Of a stretch of DNA of 64,000 nt, positions 10,127-19,370 are shown piece by piece. The notes under the pieces are model-generated. The model searched no databases. It saw only the letters and a program-made list of their open reading frames with translations, and was not told the DNA's origin. The stretch is from Nitrospirota bacterium (GTDB lineage Bacteria > Nitrospirota > UBA9217): NCBI GenBank assembly GCA_963845065.1, contig CAWJQQ010000003.1, positions 128,001-192,000 of the forward strand, given 5' to 3'. Made by a program: the position numbers and the translations under genes. Numbering within the stretch: the first letter of the stretch is position 1; each line of letters opens with the position of its first letter.

Positions 10127-11494
10127 ATGGGAATTGTCGTAGTCGGACTCAGCCATAAAACCGCGCCCATTGAAGTTCGAGAGAAGCTAAACTTTCCGGA
10201 AGACACGCTTCCCGACGCGCTCAAAAAACTCATGACTTACGATGGGGTAAAAGAAAGCATGATCGTCTCCACCTGCAACCGGGTAGAGATCTATGCATCA
10301 GTGATAGATAGCGTTACGGGGATAGAACGTATCAAGGAGTTCATATCTAAATATCACGGTCTGTCTCTGGAATCTCTTGAGAAGTCGCTCTATGTCTATT
10401 CTGACGCTCAAGGAGTGCGCCACACGTTCCGTGTCGCTTCGAGCCTTGACTCCCTCGTGCTGGGAGAAGCGCAAATCCTGGGGCAGATGAAAGACGCTTT
10501 CGATGTCGCTCTTAAGACCAAAACTACCAGCACCATCATGAACAAACTGATGAAAAAGGCAATATCCGTCGCCAAACGGGTCCGCACCGAGACGCGGCTT
10601 GCGGAAGGAGCCGTATCGATCAGTTCCGCAGCTGTAGAACTCGCCAAGAAAATTTTCGGTATCCTGGAGGGGAAAAACGTTATGCTTTTGGGCGCGGGTG
10701 AGATGGCCGAACTCGCCGCTCAACATCTACTCGGCAACGGCGTAAAGAATATTATGGTGGCGAATCGGACTTTCGAACGCGCGGAAGAACTCGCCAAGGA
10801 ATTCAAGGGTGACGCCATCCGGTTCGAACATTTCCCAGACGCCCTTGTTATGGTGGACATCCTGATCTGCGCCAGCGGCGCGACGCATTATGTCGTCAAC
10901 CGCGACATGGTCAGCAAGGCCCTCAAACAACGGCGCAATAACCCCATCTTTATGATCGATATATCGAACCCAAGAAACATCGACCCTGATGTCGATAAAG
11001 TCGACAATGTATACCTTTATGACATCGACGATCTGCAGAGCAAGGTCGACGTTAACACTGAGGGAAGGGCACGAGAGGCGGGAAAGGCTGAGGAGATCGT
11101 GAGCCAGGAGGTGGACACCTACCTCCAATGGGAACGGACTCTCGATGCCGTGCCGACCATCGTGGATCTTCGTGAAAAGATCGAGGACATCAGAAAGCGC
11201 GAATTAGACAAGACTCTCGGGTCTTTAAACGGGATCAGTGAGGATGGGAAAAGAGCAATAGACATCATGTCGCAGTCAATTGTGAACAAACTGCTCCATG
11301 CTCCCCTCGTTGTTCTAAAACAAGCAGCTGCAGCGCAGGACGGCAGCGATAACACCATCGCCGTCGCTCGCAAACTTTTCAATTTGGACAAGGAACTCAG
11401 GCGACCGGGGCATCATCTAAGCGATATTAGCGAAGACACCTCCGAAAATACAAGCGAATCCATTCAATCCAATGCGAAGAGTGAGTGCCGGTAA
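10127..11494 (+). CDS. hemA: Glutamyl-tRNA reductase
   Basis: GLSHKTAPIEVRE, STCNRVE, LGEAQILGQ, GAGEM, PRNID. Confidence 0.98.
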   Translation: MGIVVVGLSHKTAPIEVREKLNFPEDTLPDALKKLMTYDGVKESMIVSTCNRVEIYASVIDSVTGIERIKEFISKYHGLSLESLEKSLYVYSDAQGVRHTFRVASSLDSLVLGEAQILGQMKDAFDVALKTKTTSTIMNKLMKKAISVAKRVRTETRLAEGAVSISSAAVELAKKIFGILEGKNVMLLGAGEMAELAAQHLLGNGVKNIMVANRTFERAEELAKEFKGDAIRFEHFPDALVMVDILICASGATHYVVNRDMVSKALKQRRNNPIFMIDISNPRNIDPDVDKVDNVYLYDIDDLQSKVDVNTEGRAREAGKAEEIVSQEVDTYLQWERTLDAVPTIVDLREKIEDIRKRELDKTLGSLNGISEDGKRAIDIMSQSIVNKLLHAPLVVLKQAAAAQDGSDNTIAVARKLFNLDKELRRPGHHLSDISEDTSENTSESIQSNAKSECR

Positions 11495-11550
11495 CTTTTC
11501 ATAGCGAATTTAAGACCTCAGTTAAAAAAATAGGAAACTAATGAATATGT

Positions 11551-11625
11551 GCCACTAATGTGCGCGGCTTGGTATCCTTAAACAATTAATTTATTAATCT
11601 GTTCTCACCTGTGTGAATGAGTGGC
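11551..11625. repeat. Degenerate inverted repeat between hemA and hemC
   Basis: GCCACTAAT(11551-11559) pairs with ATGAGTGGC(11617-11625), 8/9. Confidence 0.4.
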
Positions 11626-11650
11626 TAAATTGTCCTTAAGGAGCATATCA

Positions 11651-12613
11651 TTGCGAAAAGAAATTAGGATCGGTACCCGTAGCAGCGCGCTGGCGCTTTG
11701 GCAAGCGGAGTGGGTGAAGGCGGAGATTGAAAAAAAATATTCAGACATGAATGTTTCGCTTACCAAAATAAAAACAACTGGAGACAAGATCCTTGATGTC
11801 CCACTGGCAAAGGTTGGCGGCAAGGGGCTCTTCGTTAAGGAGATCGAGGAAGCGATGCTGGCGAATGAGATTGACATCGCCGTCCACAGCATGAAAGACG
11901 TACCGACCTTTTTTCCCGATGGGCTCCATCTCGGCGCGATCACCAAACGCGAGGACCCAAGAGACGCTCTGCTTACTCGTAATAACATACATTTTAAAGA
12001 CTTGCCAATAGGTGCGAATGTGGGTACTAGCAGCCTGAGGCGCCAAGCTCAACTCATGAACGTCCGACCGGACTTCGTGATCCACCAGCTGCGCGGAAAT
12101 GTGGACACGAGGCTACGCAAGCTCAAGGAAGGACAATACGATGCCATTATTCTTGCTGCGGCCGGGGTTAAGCGTCTCGGCCTCGCAGACAATGTCTCGG
12201 AATATATCGATCCTGAGATCAGTCTTCCCGCAATCGGGCAAGGAGCTCTTGGCATCGAGTGTCGTGTAGATGACCGGGAATTGAACGATCTGATAGCCTT
12301 TTTCAATCATCCCGACAGCCGCACATGCGTTACTGGCGAGCGTGCGCTTCTACGACGGCTTGAAGGCGGTTGCCAGGTGCCGATCGCTTGCTACGGACAG
12401 ATGAAGAGTGGGAATTTGCATCTCACCGGACTTGTCGGGAGTGTGGATGGAAAGCGGATCATTAAGGACAGCATTGAAGGAACTCCAAATAAAGCCGAAA
12501 AACTGGGTGTTTCTCTTGCGGAAAAACTCTTATCACAGGGAGCGGATGCAATCTTGCGGGAAGTGTATGGGAATAACTCCGATTTTAGCGGAAACAGTCT
12601 GCTAGAAAATTAA
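11651..12613 (+). CDS. hemC: Hydroxymethylbilane synthase
   Basis: IGTRSSALALWQA, GGKGLFVKEIE, VHSMKDVP, LRGNVDTRL, LEGGCQVP. AAGGAG RBS before TTG 11651. Confidence 0.98.
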   Translation: MRKEIRIGTRSSALALWQAEWVKAEIEKKYSDMNVSLTKIKTTGDKILDVPLAKVGGKGLFVKEIEEAMLANEIDIAVHSMKDVPTFFPDGLHLGAITKREDPRDALLTRNNIHFKDLPIGANVGTSSLRRQAQLMNVRPDFVIHQLRGNVDTRLRKLKEGQYDAIILAAAGVKRLGLADNVSEYIDPEISLPAIGQGALGIECRVDDRELNDLIAFFNHPDSRTCVTGERALLRRLEGGCQVPIACYGQMKSGNLHLTGLVGSVDGKRIIKDSIEGTPNKAEKLGVSLAEKLLSQGADAILREVYGNNSDFSGNSLLEN

Positions 12614-12635
12614 ATACTCGAAAGAATGACTTTGT

Positions 12636-12722
12636 AACCACAGATCAGCACGGGCTGACACGGATAGTGATCTAATTTTTTAAATGATTCTAATCTGTGT
12701 TTTTCTATATACATCCGAGGTT
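12636..12722. repeat. Degenerate inverted repeat with ~10-nt internal periodicity between hemC and cobA-hemD
   Basis: AACCACAGAT(12636-12645)/ATCCGAGGTT(12713-12722) and ACACGGAT(12658-12665)/ATCTGTGT(12693-12700). Confidence 0.55.
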
Positions 12723-12733
12723 CCTTATTTACG

Positions 12734-14263
12734 ATGGCTCAAACTACCGGGAAAGTATACTTAGTTGGCGCCGGTCCTGGAGATCCGGGACTCATCACGG
12801 TCAAGGGTCTCGAGTGCGTAAAAAAAGCCGACGTGATCATTTACGACTACCTAGCGAACGAGCGACTGCTCGACCAACGTCGTCCTGACGCAGAACTCAT
12901 ATATGTGGGTAAGCAAGGAAGCCGGCATACTCTTCCCCAGGAACAGATCAACACGCTTATCGTCAAAAAAGCTAGGGAAGGTAGGGTGGTCACACGGTTA
13001 AAAGGTGGAGATCCTTTCATTTTCGGACGTGGAGGGGAAGAGGCTGAAGAACTAGTGGACAACGGCATCCCTTTTGAGGTGGTTCCCGGTGTGACATCAG
13101 CCATTTCAGCACCCACTTATGCTGGCATCCCACTAACGCACCGGGAACATACGGCAAGTGTGGCTTTTGTAACCGGCCACGAAGATCCTACAAAACCTGA
13201 ATCTAAAGTGCATTGGGACAAGATATCGACGGGCATAGGAACGCTCGTGTTTTTCATGGGCATGAAGAATCTCCAGAATATCGTCGATAATCTCATAGCC
13301 CATGGCAGAAGTCCGGAAACACCGATAGCACTCATTCAGTGGGGTACGCGTACGGATCAGCGGGTTGCGATTGGTGTACTTAAAGATATCGTTCTCAAAG
13401 TCAAGGAAGCAAAGCTTGGTCCACCGGCCATCATCGTCGTTGGAGAAGTTGTTCGTCTGAGGCAAAAGCTGAACTGGTTTGAATCGAAACCATTTTTCGG
13501 CAGGCGAATTATAGTCACGCGTTCACGCGACCAGTCAAGCGTGTTCACTGAAATGCTGATTGACCGCGGCGCAACGACCATTGAGTTTCCAACCATTGAA
13601 GTTGTCCCGCCTGGAAGCTGGGACGAGCTTGATAGCGCTATCCAGACAGTGGAATCATTCAGTTGGTTGATTTTCTCGAGTGCGAATGCCGTTAGGTTTT
13701 TCATGGATCGCCTTCGCAGTCTTAACAAGGATCTGCGCATTCTTAAAGGTGTGAATATCTGCACGGTCGGGCCGAAGACCGCGGAATCATTGGAGTCTTA
13801 TGGTCTTAGGGCCGATCTAATACCTACAGAGTTCAAAGCTGAGGGAGTAATCGACGCTATTGGAAGTGTAAACCTGCGGGGCCTCAAAATTCTCATTCCT
13901 AGGGCAAAGGTTGGTCGAGAAATCCTTCCGGACAAATTACGTGAGCTCGGTGCGGAGGTCACAGTGGCCACGGCCTATGAAAATATAAAACCAACTACAG
14001 ATGTCGCCAGGGTGAGGAAACTGCTGGAGGAGAAAAAGATCGCAGCAATTACTTTTACGAGTTCTTCCACGGTAAATAATTTTATTGAAATACTGGGCCA
14101 AAAAGAGTATAAAAGACTTTTACACGGTGTTGCAGTTGCCTGCATAGGGCCTATTACAGCAAAGACTGCAGATGGATATGGAATGAAAACAGATATCATG
14201 CCAAAGGATTATACGATTCCAGCACTGGTTAATGAGCTGGCGAATTTTTTTAAGAAACAATAA
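12734..14263 (+). CDS. cobA: Fused uroporphyrinogen-III C-methyltransferase / uroporphyrinogen-III synthase (CobA-HemD)
   Basis: N-terminal VYLVGAGPGDPGLIT and RLKGGDPFIFGRGGEE. C-terminal HemD motifs IIVTR, FSSANAV, VGPKTA, FTSSSTV, CIGPITA. Confidence 0.96.
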   Translation: MAQTTGKVYLVGAGPGDPGLITVKGLECVKKADVIIYDYLANERLLDQRRPDAELIYVGKQGSRHTLPQEQINTLIVKKAREGRVVTRLKGGDPFIFGRGGEEAEELVDNGIPFEVVPGVTSAISAPTYAGIPLTHREHTASVAFVTGHEDPTKPESKVHWDKISTGIGTLVFFMGMKNLQNIVDNLIAHGRSPETPIALIQWGTRTDQRVAIGVLKDIVLKVKEAKLGPPAIIVVGEVVRLRQKLNWFESKPFFGRRIIVTRSRDQSSVFTEMLIDRGATTIEFPTIEVVPPGSWDELDSAIQTVESFSWLIFSSANAVRFFMDRLRSLNKDLRILKGVNICTVGPKTAESLESYGLRADLIPTEFKAEGVIDAIGSVNLRGLKILIPRAKVGREILPDKLRELGAEVTVATAYENIKPTTDVARVRKLLEEKKIAAITFTSSSTVNNFIEILGQKEYKRLLHGVAVACIGPITAKTADGYGMKTDIMPKDYTIPALVNELANFFKKQ

Positions 14264-14318
14264 CGATTCCATGACAAAGAGGCCTGCGTGTTCTTGGCCT
14301 TAATAAAACGGAGAAAAT

Positions 14319-14702
14319 ATGATTACTATGTCAGAAGTGGCAGCAGACAAAATTAAAGAGATACTAAAAGTGGAAGGCGTTCCGGATCATGCCTTGCGTA
14401 TATCTGCAACAAGCGGTGGATGCTGCGGTCCTTCCTACGAGATAATGATTGACGACAAGACAGGCGACGACGATACCGTGGTTGAGAAAAACGGCGCCAG
14501 ACTCTTTGTCGACGAATCGTCTTCAAAGACTCTAGACGGCGCTGAACTGGGGTTCATCAGCGACGAACGTGGCGAAGGCTTTGTGATAGGCTTTCCTAAC
14601 GGCGCACCTGCTGGCGGCAGTTGCGGATGCGGTGGGGAAGAGTCGAATCACGGCAATAATCAAGGTGGAAGTTGCGGCTCCGGAGGTTGCGGCTGCAGTT
14701 AA
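14319..14702 (+). CDS. HesB/IscA/ErpA-family A-type Fe-S carrier with Cys/Gly-rich C-terminal extension
   Basis: MITMSEVAADKIK, LRI..GGCCGPSY, LFVD..S...LDGAEL.F, GF, SCGCG. GGAG RBS. Confidence 0.88.
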   Translation: MITMSEVAADKIKEILKVEGVPDHALRISATSGGCCGPSYEIMIDDKTGDDDTVVEKNGARLFVDESSSKTLDGAELGFISDERGEGFVIGFPNGAPAGGSCGCGGEESNHGNNQGGSCGSGGCGCS

Positions 14703-14900
14703 GGACTCCCACACCTGCCAAAAAGGAATGATGAATTTTACCCTCTAATACCCCAAAGTCACAAAGAAGACTTTTTAAGATACAGATTGTGCATCAAGAA
14801 GAGCGTATCCTTCGCACCTTTTTGGGTTAACGTAAAAGCTCCATCTTTATTGATCTTACCTGTGTACAGCAATTGTTAGCCTTTAATTTCAGGAGATTTT

Positions 14901-15875
14901 ATGTTTCAGCCTTTATACCGGCCAAGGAGGCTCAGGGCCAACGAGAACATCCGACGCATGGTGCGGGAAACGAAGCTTTCCCCTGACGATTTTATTTATC
15001 CGCTCTTTGTGACTCATGGCAAAGGCATAAAGAAAGAGATCAGCTCCATGCCTGGCAACTACCAGCAGTCCATCGATAATCTCCTGAAAGATTGCGAAGA
15101 AATCAAGAAACTCGGCATTCCTGCAGTAATCCTTTTTGGCATCCCTGAGCGTAAGGATGAGGTCGGAAGCGAGGCATACTCCGACGAAGGCATTGTCCAG
15201 AACGCAATTAAGTCAATCAAGAACAAACATCCGGAACTGATAGTCATTACCGATGTATGTCTTTGCGAATACACCAGCCACGGTCACTGCGGTGTGATCA
15301 AAAACGGCGTGGTCCAGAACGATGCCACGCTTGAACTTCTGGCCAGAGAAGCGCTTTCTCACGCTAAAGCAGGTGCCGACATGGTGGCGCCCTCGGACAT
15401 GATGGACGGACGAGTAGGCACCATCCGACACATACTCGACAGCGAAGGCTACCACGATACGCCGATCATGGCCTATGCCGCCAAGTACGCATCCAGCTTT
15501 TACGGTCCTTTCCGTGAAGCAGCAGAGTCGACGCCCCAATTTGGAGACCGCCGTTCGTATCAGATGGACGCCCCTAACAGCCGAGAAGCGTTGCGTGAAG
15601 TTGCTCTGGACGTCGAAGAAGGTGCAGATATCGTAATGGTGAAACCGGCGCTCGCTTACTTGGACATAATCTACCAGGTAAAGCAAAATTTTAACCTTCC
15701 TGTCGCTGCCTACAACGTGAGTGGTGAGTTCTCCATGGTCAAAGCAGCGGCCAAGCTGGGCTGGATTGATGGAGACCGTGTCATGATGGAGTCGCTCATC
15801 GCTATGAAGCGAGCAGGCGCTGATATCATCCTTACCTATTTCGCCAAAGAAGCGTCAACTCTCCTCAACAGATAG
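14901..15875 (+). CDS. hemB: Porphobilinogen synthase
   Basis: [20 protein letters not shown] (Zn site), [31 protein letters not shown]. Confidence 0.98.
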   Translation: MFQPLYRPRRLRANENIRRMVRETKLSPDDFIYPLFVTHGKGIKKEISSMPGNYQQSIDNLLKDCEEIKKLGIPAVILFGIPERKDEVGSEAYSDEGIVQNAIKSIKNKHPELIVITDVCLCEYTSHGHCGVIKNGVVQNDATLELLAREALSHAKAGADMVAPSDMMDGRVGTIRHILDSEGYHDTPIMAYAAKYASSFYGPFREAAESTPQFGDRRSYQMDAPNSREALREVALDVEEGADIVMVKPALAYLDIIYQVKQNFNLPVAAYNVSGEFSMVKAAAKLGWIDGDRVMMESLIAMKRAGADIILTYFAKEASTLLNR

Positions 15876-16227
15876 CGGACCCTCGTACTACTTACCGCAA
15901 TGTTGCCTAATTCAAGCAGACAATGATACCCTAATAATTGTTTGTTTTATCCTCATTATCTCAGCTGAATTGAGGATTTTTCAATTGAAAGAATTTTTCG
16001 GTATTTTCGCTCCTCATGATCAACTGTTCCACTTCTATCATAAGTTCCATCACATGCAGTTGTAGATATTAGCAAATCACGACAGAATCATCAGAGGCAT
16101 GCCACGGGGATAAATATCATCCCTGCCGTGAGTTATAAGCGTGACTAGAAGATCCTCTCATAAGATAAGACAATTGTGTCGTGCAATAGCCATATCGCAA
16201 TATTAAGAACCGCTGAACCTCCCAAGT

Positions 16228-16480
16228 TTAATCATCGGTCCTTACTCGAATACCGGCAGCATTGCTCTTGGATTCTACGCTCACGATTTGATGTTTTTCC
16301 TTGAACCGGGGTTTACCTCTCTTTTCAAAAGCATAATTCTGTGTCGCATCAGTTGCCCGGGATGCAGTCTTCTGGACTGCGTGAACGTCCAGATGTTTGC
16401 CTATGGCACAAGCCGTTTTTGGCCTTTCCCGCGAACTTCTTTTGCATAGCGTACTTAGTGAACCCAAACCGCTCGTAGGG
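16228..16480 (-). pseudogene. tnpB: Frameshifted internal fragment of an IS200/IS605-type TnpB (RNA-guided nuclease family) gene
   Basis: Two overlapping minus-strand frames join as ERFGFTKYAMQKKFAGKAK / TACAIGKHLDVHAVQKTASRATDATQNYAFEKRGKPRFKEKHQIVSVESKSNAAGIRVR, with the G-x-P-R-F-K motif typical of TnpB. No RuvC region is present. Confidence 0.7.
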
Positions 16481-16583
16481 GAAATGATTCGCTTCTAAAA
16501 AGACCGAGGTCAATGCACTTTTTTCTTGCATTCCCAGCTTCTCTGTGCTAAATATAATACAACACTCTGGGAAATTCCTTTAG

Positions 16584-16613
16584 GAGTGGGCATTTTATTT
16601 GCCCACTCTTTTT
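16584..16613 (+). promoter_or_regulatory. rimP leader (terminator-like attenuator hairpin)
   Basis: GAGTGGGCA(16584-16592)-loop-TGCCCACTC(16600-16608)-TTTTT immediately before the rimP RBS. Confidence 0.8.
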
Positions 16614-16627
16614 ATTTGGGGGACATC

Positions 16628-17089
16628 ATGGCCGATATGGCTGAGCAGATCCAGCTGCTTCTTGAACCAATTCTGGAATCGCTCGGACTCTCCCTGTGGG
16701 ACCTGGAATTTCAGAAGCAGGGACCAAAATGGCTGCTGAGAGTCTATATTGATCGTGAGGCTTCAGGTGTTACGTTGGAAGATTGCGAGTCCGTGAGCAG
16801 AGATTTGAGCACGGCCCTAGACGTGGAAGACATTATCTTTCATGCGTACACTCTGGAGGTCTCTTCGCCCGGACTGGATCGAACATTGTCCAAACCTGAG
16901 CACTATATCCGTTTCTCAGGCAGCGCAGTTAAAGTGAAGACGTACCAGCAGATTAATGGGCAGAAAGTGTTCCATGGCAAGCTGTTAGGCCTGGTCGACG
17001 AAATAGTAAAAGTAGAGCTTGAATCGGGCACAATAATTGAAATCCCACTCCACTTTATTGCAAAGGCTTCTCTTGAGGTAGTCTTTTAA
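16628..17089 (+). CDS. rimP: Ribosome maturation factor RimP
   Basis: LRVYID, VTLEDCESVSR, YTLEVSSPGLDR. ATG 16628 follows GGGGA; the upstream TTG extension would run through the leader hairpin. Confidence 0.96.
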   Translation: MADMAEQIQLLLEPILESLGLSLWDLEFQKQGPKWLLRVYIDREASGVTLEDCESVSRDLSTALDVEDIIFHAYTLEVSSPGLDRTLSKPEHYIRFSGSAVKVKTYQQINGQKVFHGKLLGLVDEIVKVELESGTIIEIPLHFIAKASLEVVF

Positions 17090-17198
17090 TAGGACTATAT
17101 ATTTGCAATCGCTCCTTCACTTGTTGTGTGCAGATAATTCCGAAGAGCGGGGCAGCACTTTTTATTGATGAAGATTTTTGTTAGGAGGAGAAATAGCT

Positions 17199-18527
17199 AT
17201 GAGTCAGGAATTGATTCATGTGATTGACCAAATCAGCAAAGAAAAGGGAATATCTAAGGAAATGGTGATCGAAGCCGTTGAGTCGGCACTCGTGAGCGCT
17301 GCCAAGAAAAAATATGGGGCCCAGCGGATAGCAGTGCAGATTGATCCAAAGCGAGGTGATATCGTCATGTACGCCTATAAAAAAGTCGTGCAGGATGTGC
17401 TGAACGCCGATGAGGAAATTACCTTGGAAGAGGCCCAGACACTCTATCCGGAAGCGCAAATGGACGGCGAGGTTCCTCTCCAGGTTGAGTTCCAGGGGTT
17501 CGGCAGGATTGCGGCACAGACAGCGCGCCAGGTCATCGTCCAGAAGGTGCGTGAGGCGGAACGCGACGTCATATTTAAGGAGTTTAACGATAAAATCGGC
17601 CAGCTTGTGAATGGCATTGTGCTCCGTCATGAGAAGGGCGCATACTACATAGATCTCGGCAAGACCGAGGCTGTTTTGCCGGCACGCGAACAGGTTCCCC
17701 GCGAGAGCTATCGGAGAGGAGACCGTGTCCGCGCCTATGTTCTCGAGGTGCGCGACACGTCGAAGGGGCCGCAAGTCGTGCTCTCCCGTGCTCATCCGGA
17801 TTTCGTTGCACGTTTGTTCGAGATGGAAGTGCCGGAAATCTATGAAAATATTGTCGAGGTAAAGGGTGTTGTCCGTGAGGCCGGTGATCGCACAAAGATA
17901 GCTGTTTCCTCCAAGGAATCTCAGGTCGATCCAGTCGGTGCCTGTGTTGGCATGAAAGGTTCGCGTGTGCAGGCTGTTGTCCGCGAACTGCGGGGCGAAA
18001 AGATCGACATTATTCCATGGTCAGAAGATCCTCGCATCTTCATCGCCAAGGCATTAAGTCCTGCCGTTGTTGAAAAGGTCGGAGTGACCGAGGAAGACCG
18101 CTCCGCTCTCGCCGTAGTAGCAGATACCCAGCTCTCACTTGCAATCGGCAAAAAAGGGCAAAATGTGAGACTCGCTGCAAAACTTACGGGTTGGAAGATC
18201 GACATCCTTAGTGAATCAGAATATGATCAGGAACGCCAGAAGGAACGCGAACAAGAAATCGAGGCCGCCATCGTCGAAGAGACACGAAAGATGGCCGAAG
18301 AAACTGAAGCAGCGGAAGGTAGTAGGAGTGCCGCGGAGTCAGGCACTGATTTGACTACCATTGAGGGAGTCGGCCACAAGACCGCGGAGCAGCTCAAGGC
18401 AGCGGGCTATGACACCGTAGAAAAGATCGCTGCTATGTCTGATGAAGAAATACTTGCGGTACCCGGCATCGGCGAAAAAACAGCACAGAAAATCCTCGTA
18501 TCTGCCCGCGCTTTGCTCGGGAAGTAA
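17199..18527 (+). CDS. nusA: Transcription termination factor NusA with C-terminal HhH-like extension
   Basis: FGRIAAQTARQ, REAGDRTKIAV, DPVGACVGMKGSRV, LAIGKKGQNVRLA. AGGAGG RBS. Confidence 0.98.
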   Translation: MSQELIHVIDQISKEKGISKEMVIEAVESALVSAAKKKYGAQRIAVQIDPKRGDIVMYAYKKVVQDVLNADEEITLEEAQTLYPEAQMDGEVPLQVEFQGFGRIAAQTARQVIVQKVREAERDVIFKEFNDKIGQLVNGIVLRHEKGAYYIDLGKTEAVLPAREQVPRESYRRGDRVRAYVLEVRDTSKGPQVVLSRAHPDFVARLFEMEVPEIYENIVEVKGVVREAGDRTKIAVSSKESQVDPVGACVGMKGSRVQAVVRELRGEKIDIIPWSEDPRIFIAKALSPAVVEKVGVTEEDRSALAVVADTQLSLAIGKKGQNVRLAAKLTGWKIDILSESEYDQERQKEREQEIEAAIVEETRKMAEETEAAEGSRSAAESGTDLTTIEGVGHKTAEQLKAAGYDTVEKIAAMSDEEILAVPGIGEKTAQKILVSARALLGK

Positions 18528-18549
18528 AAGGTATCATGACCACTGCAAT

Positions 18550-19131
18550 ATGAGACATCTACCGGAACGAACCTGCATCGGCTGCAAAAGGGTTCTTAAA
18601 AAAGAAGACGTGGTTAGGATCATTGCCGACCGTGAGGGCGTTGTAATCGACTATCGTGAAAAATTAAATGGCCGCGCAGCTTATGTGTGCCCGAAGGCGG
18701 AGTGCATAAAAAAAGCACTCACGAATGAAGCCTTGGGGAGGTCCTTACGAATTAAACTTCGTCCTCCGGAACCAGAAGTTTTTTTGGCAAAGCTGACGAT
18801 TTGTATCACGGAAAAAATCAAGTCGCTGCTAGCTATCTCACTGAAGGCCGGGAAACTTGCGGTGGGATATTCAGCAGTACAGGATGCTCTCCAGAAAGGT
18901 CGTGTGGAACTCCTGCTTTATGCACAAGACTTATCAAAGGGAACGAAGGAGAAGATTGCTATGCCGGAGAAGAATTCTATCCGCTGCGTGACTCTTTTTA
19001 CACGCGATGAATTCGGAAGCATTCTCTACCGTGATCTAATCGGAGTCGTTGCGATACTCGATAAAGGGCTTGCAGATGCGCTCTGGAATGAGACACAAAG
19101 ATTAAAAAGCTTGATAATTCTCAATGATTAG
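18550..19131 (+). CDS. YlxR (DUF448) - L7Ae/YlxQ fusion RNA-binding protein
   Basis: N-terminal PERTCIGC..GRAAYVC...CI (YlxR). C-terminal LLAISLKAGKLAVG...LLLYAQDLS..T..K...FTRDEFGSIL...VVAILDKGLA (L7Ae). Located between nusA and infB. Confidence 0.85.
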   Translation: MRHLPERTCIGCKRVLKKEDVVRIIADREGVVIDYREKLNGRAAYVCPKAECIKKALTNEALGRSLRIKLRPPEPEVFLAKLTICITEKIKSLLAISLKAGKLAVGYSAVQDALQKGRVELLLYAQDLSKGTKEKIAMPEKNSIRCVTLFTRDEFGSILYRDLIGVVAILDKGLADALWNETQRLKSLIILND

Positions 19132-19149
19132 AGTAAAATATTATATTCA

Positions 19150-19370
19150 TTTATTCAGCAATTTACGAAAAATACATGTTTGCTCTGTGTTTTGACACAG
19201 GGATGAATGATATCCTTGCCAGGGGTTTATAGGGCGGCAACGAAGCCACCTTAATCCTACAAGTTCAGCGGCGTAGACGTAGTCTGCATTGCTTCTTTTT
19301 ATGCCTTGCTAGCATGCCCCGCGTTTTGACGCGAGGTCCTTGACTGAATGCTGTTGTTGAGTGCTGAGAA
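19150..19370 (+). ncRNA. Candidate structured RNA / leader upstream of infB (family not recognised)
   Basis: Several hairpins, including CTGTGT-TTTG-ACACAG(19185-19200) and CGCGT-TTTG-ACGCG(19320-19333). Confidence 0.35.

Noticed and set aside
11400..11494. Low-complexity Ser/Glu tail of HemA (SEDTSENTSES)
   Set aside because: Short disordered extension with nothing to support a function.
14319..14702. HesB-like selenoprotein
   Set aside because: The motif is encoded TGC-TGC (Cys-Cys); there is no in-frame TGA.
16526..16627. N-terminal extension of RimP
   Set aside because: It runs through the promoter region and rimP leader hairpin; the true start is likely 16628.
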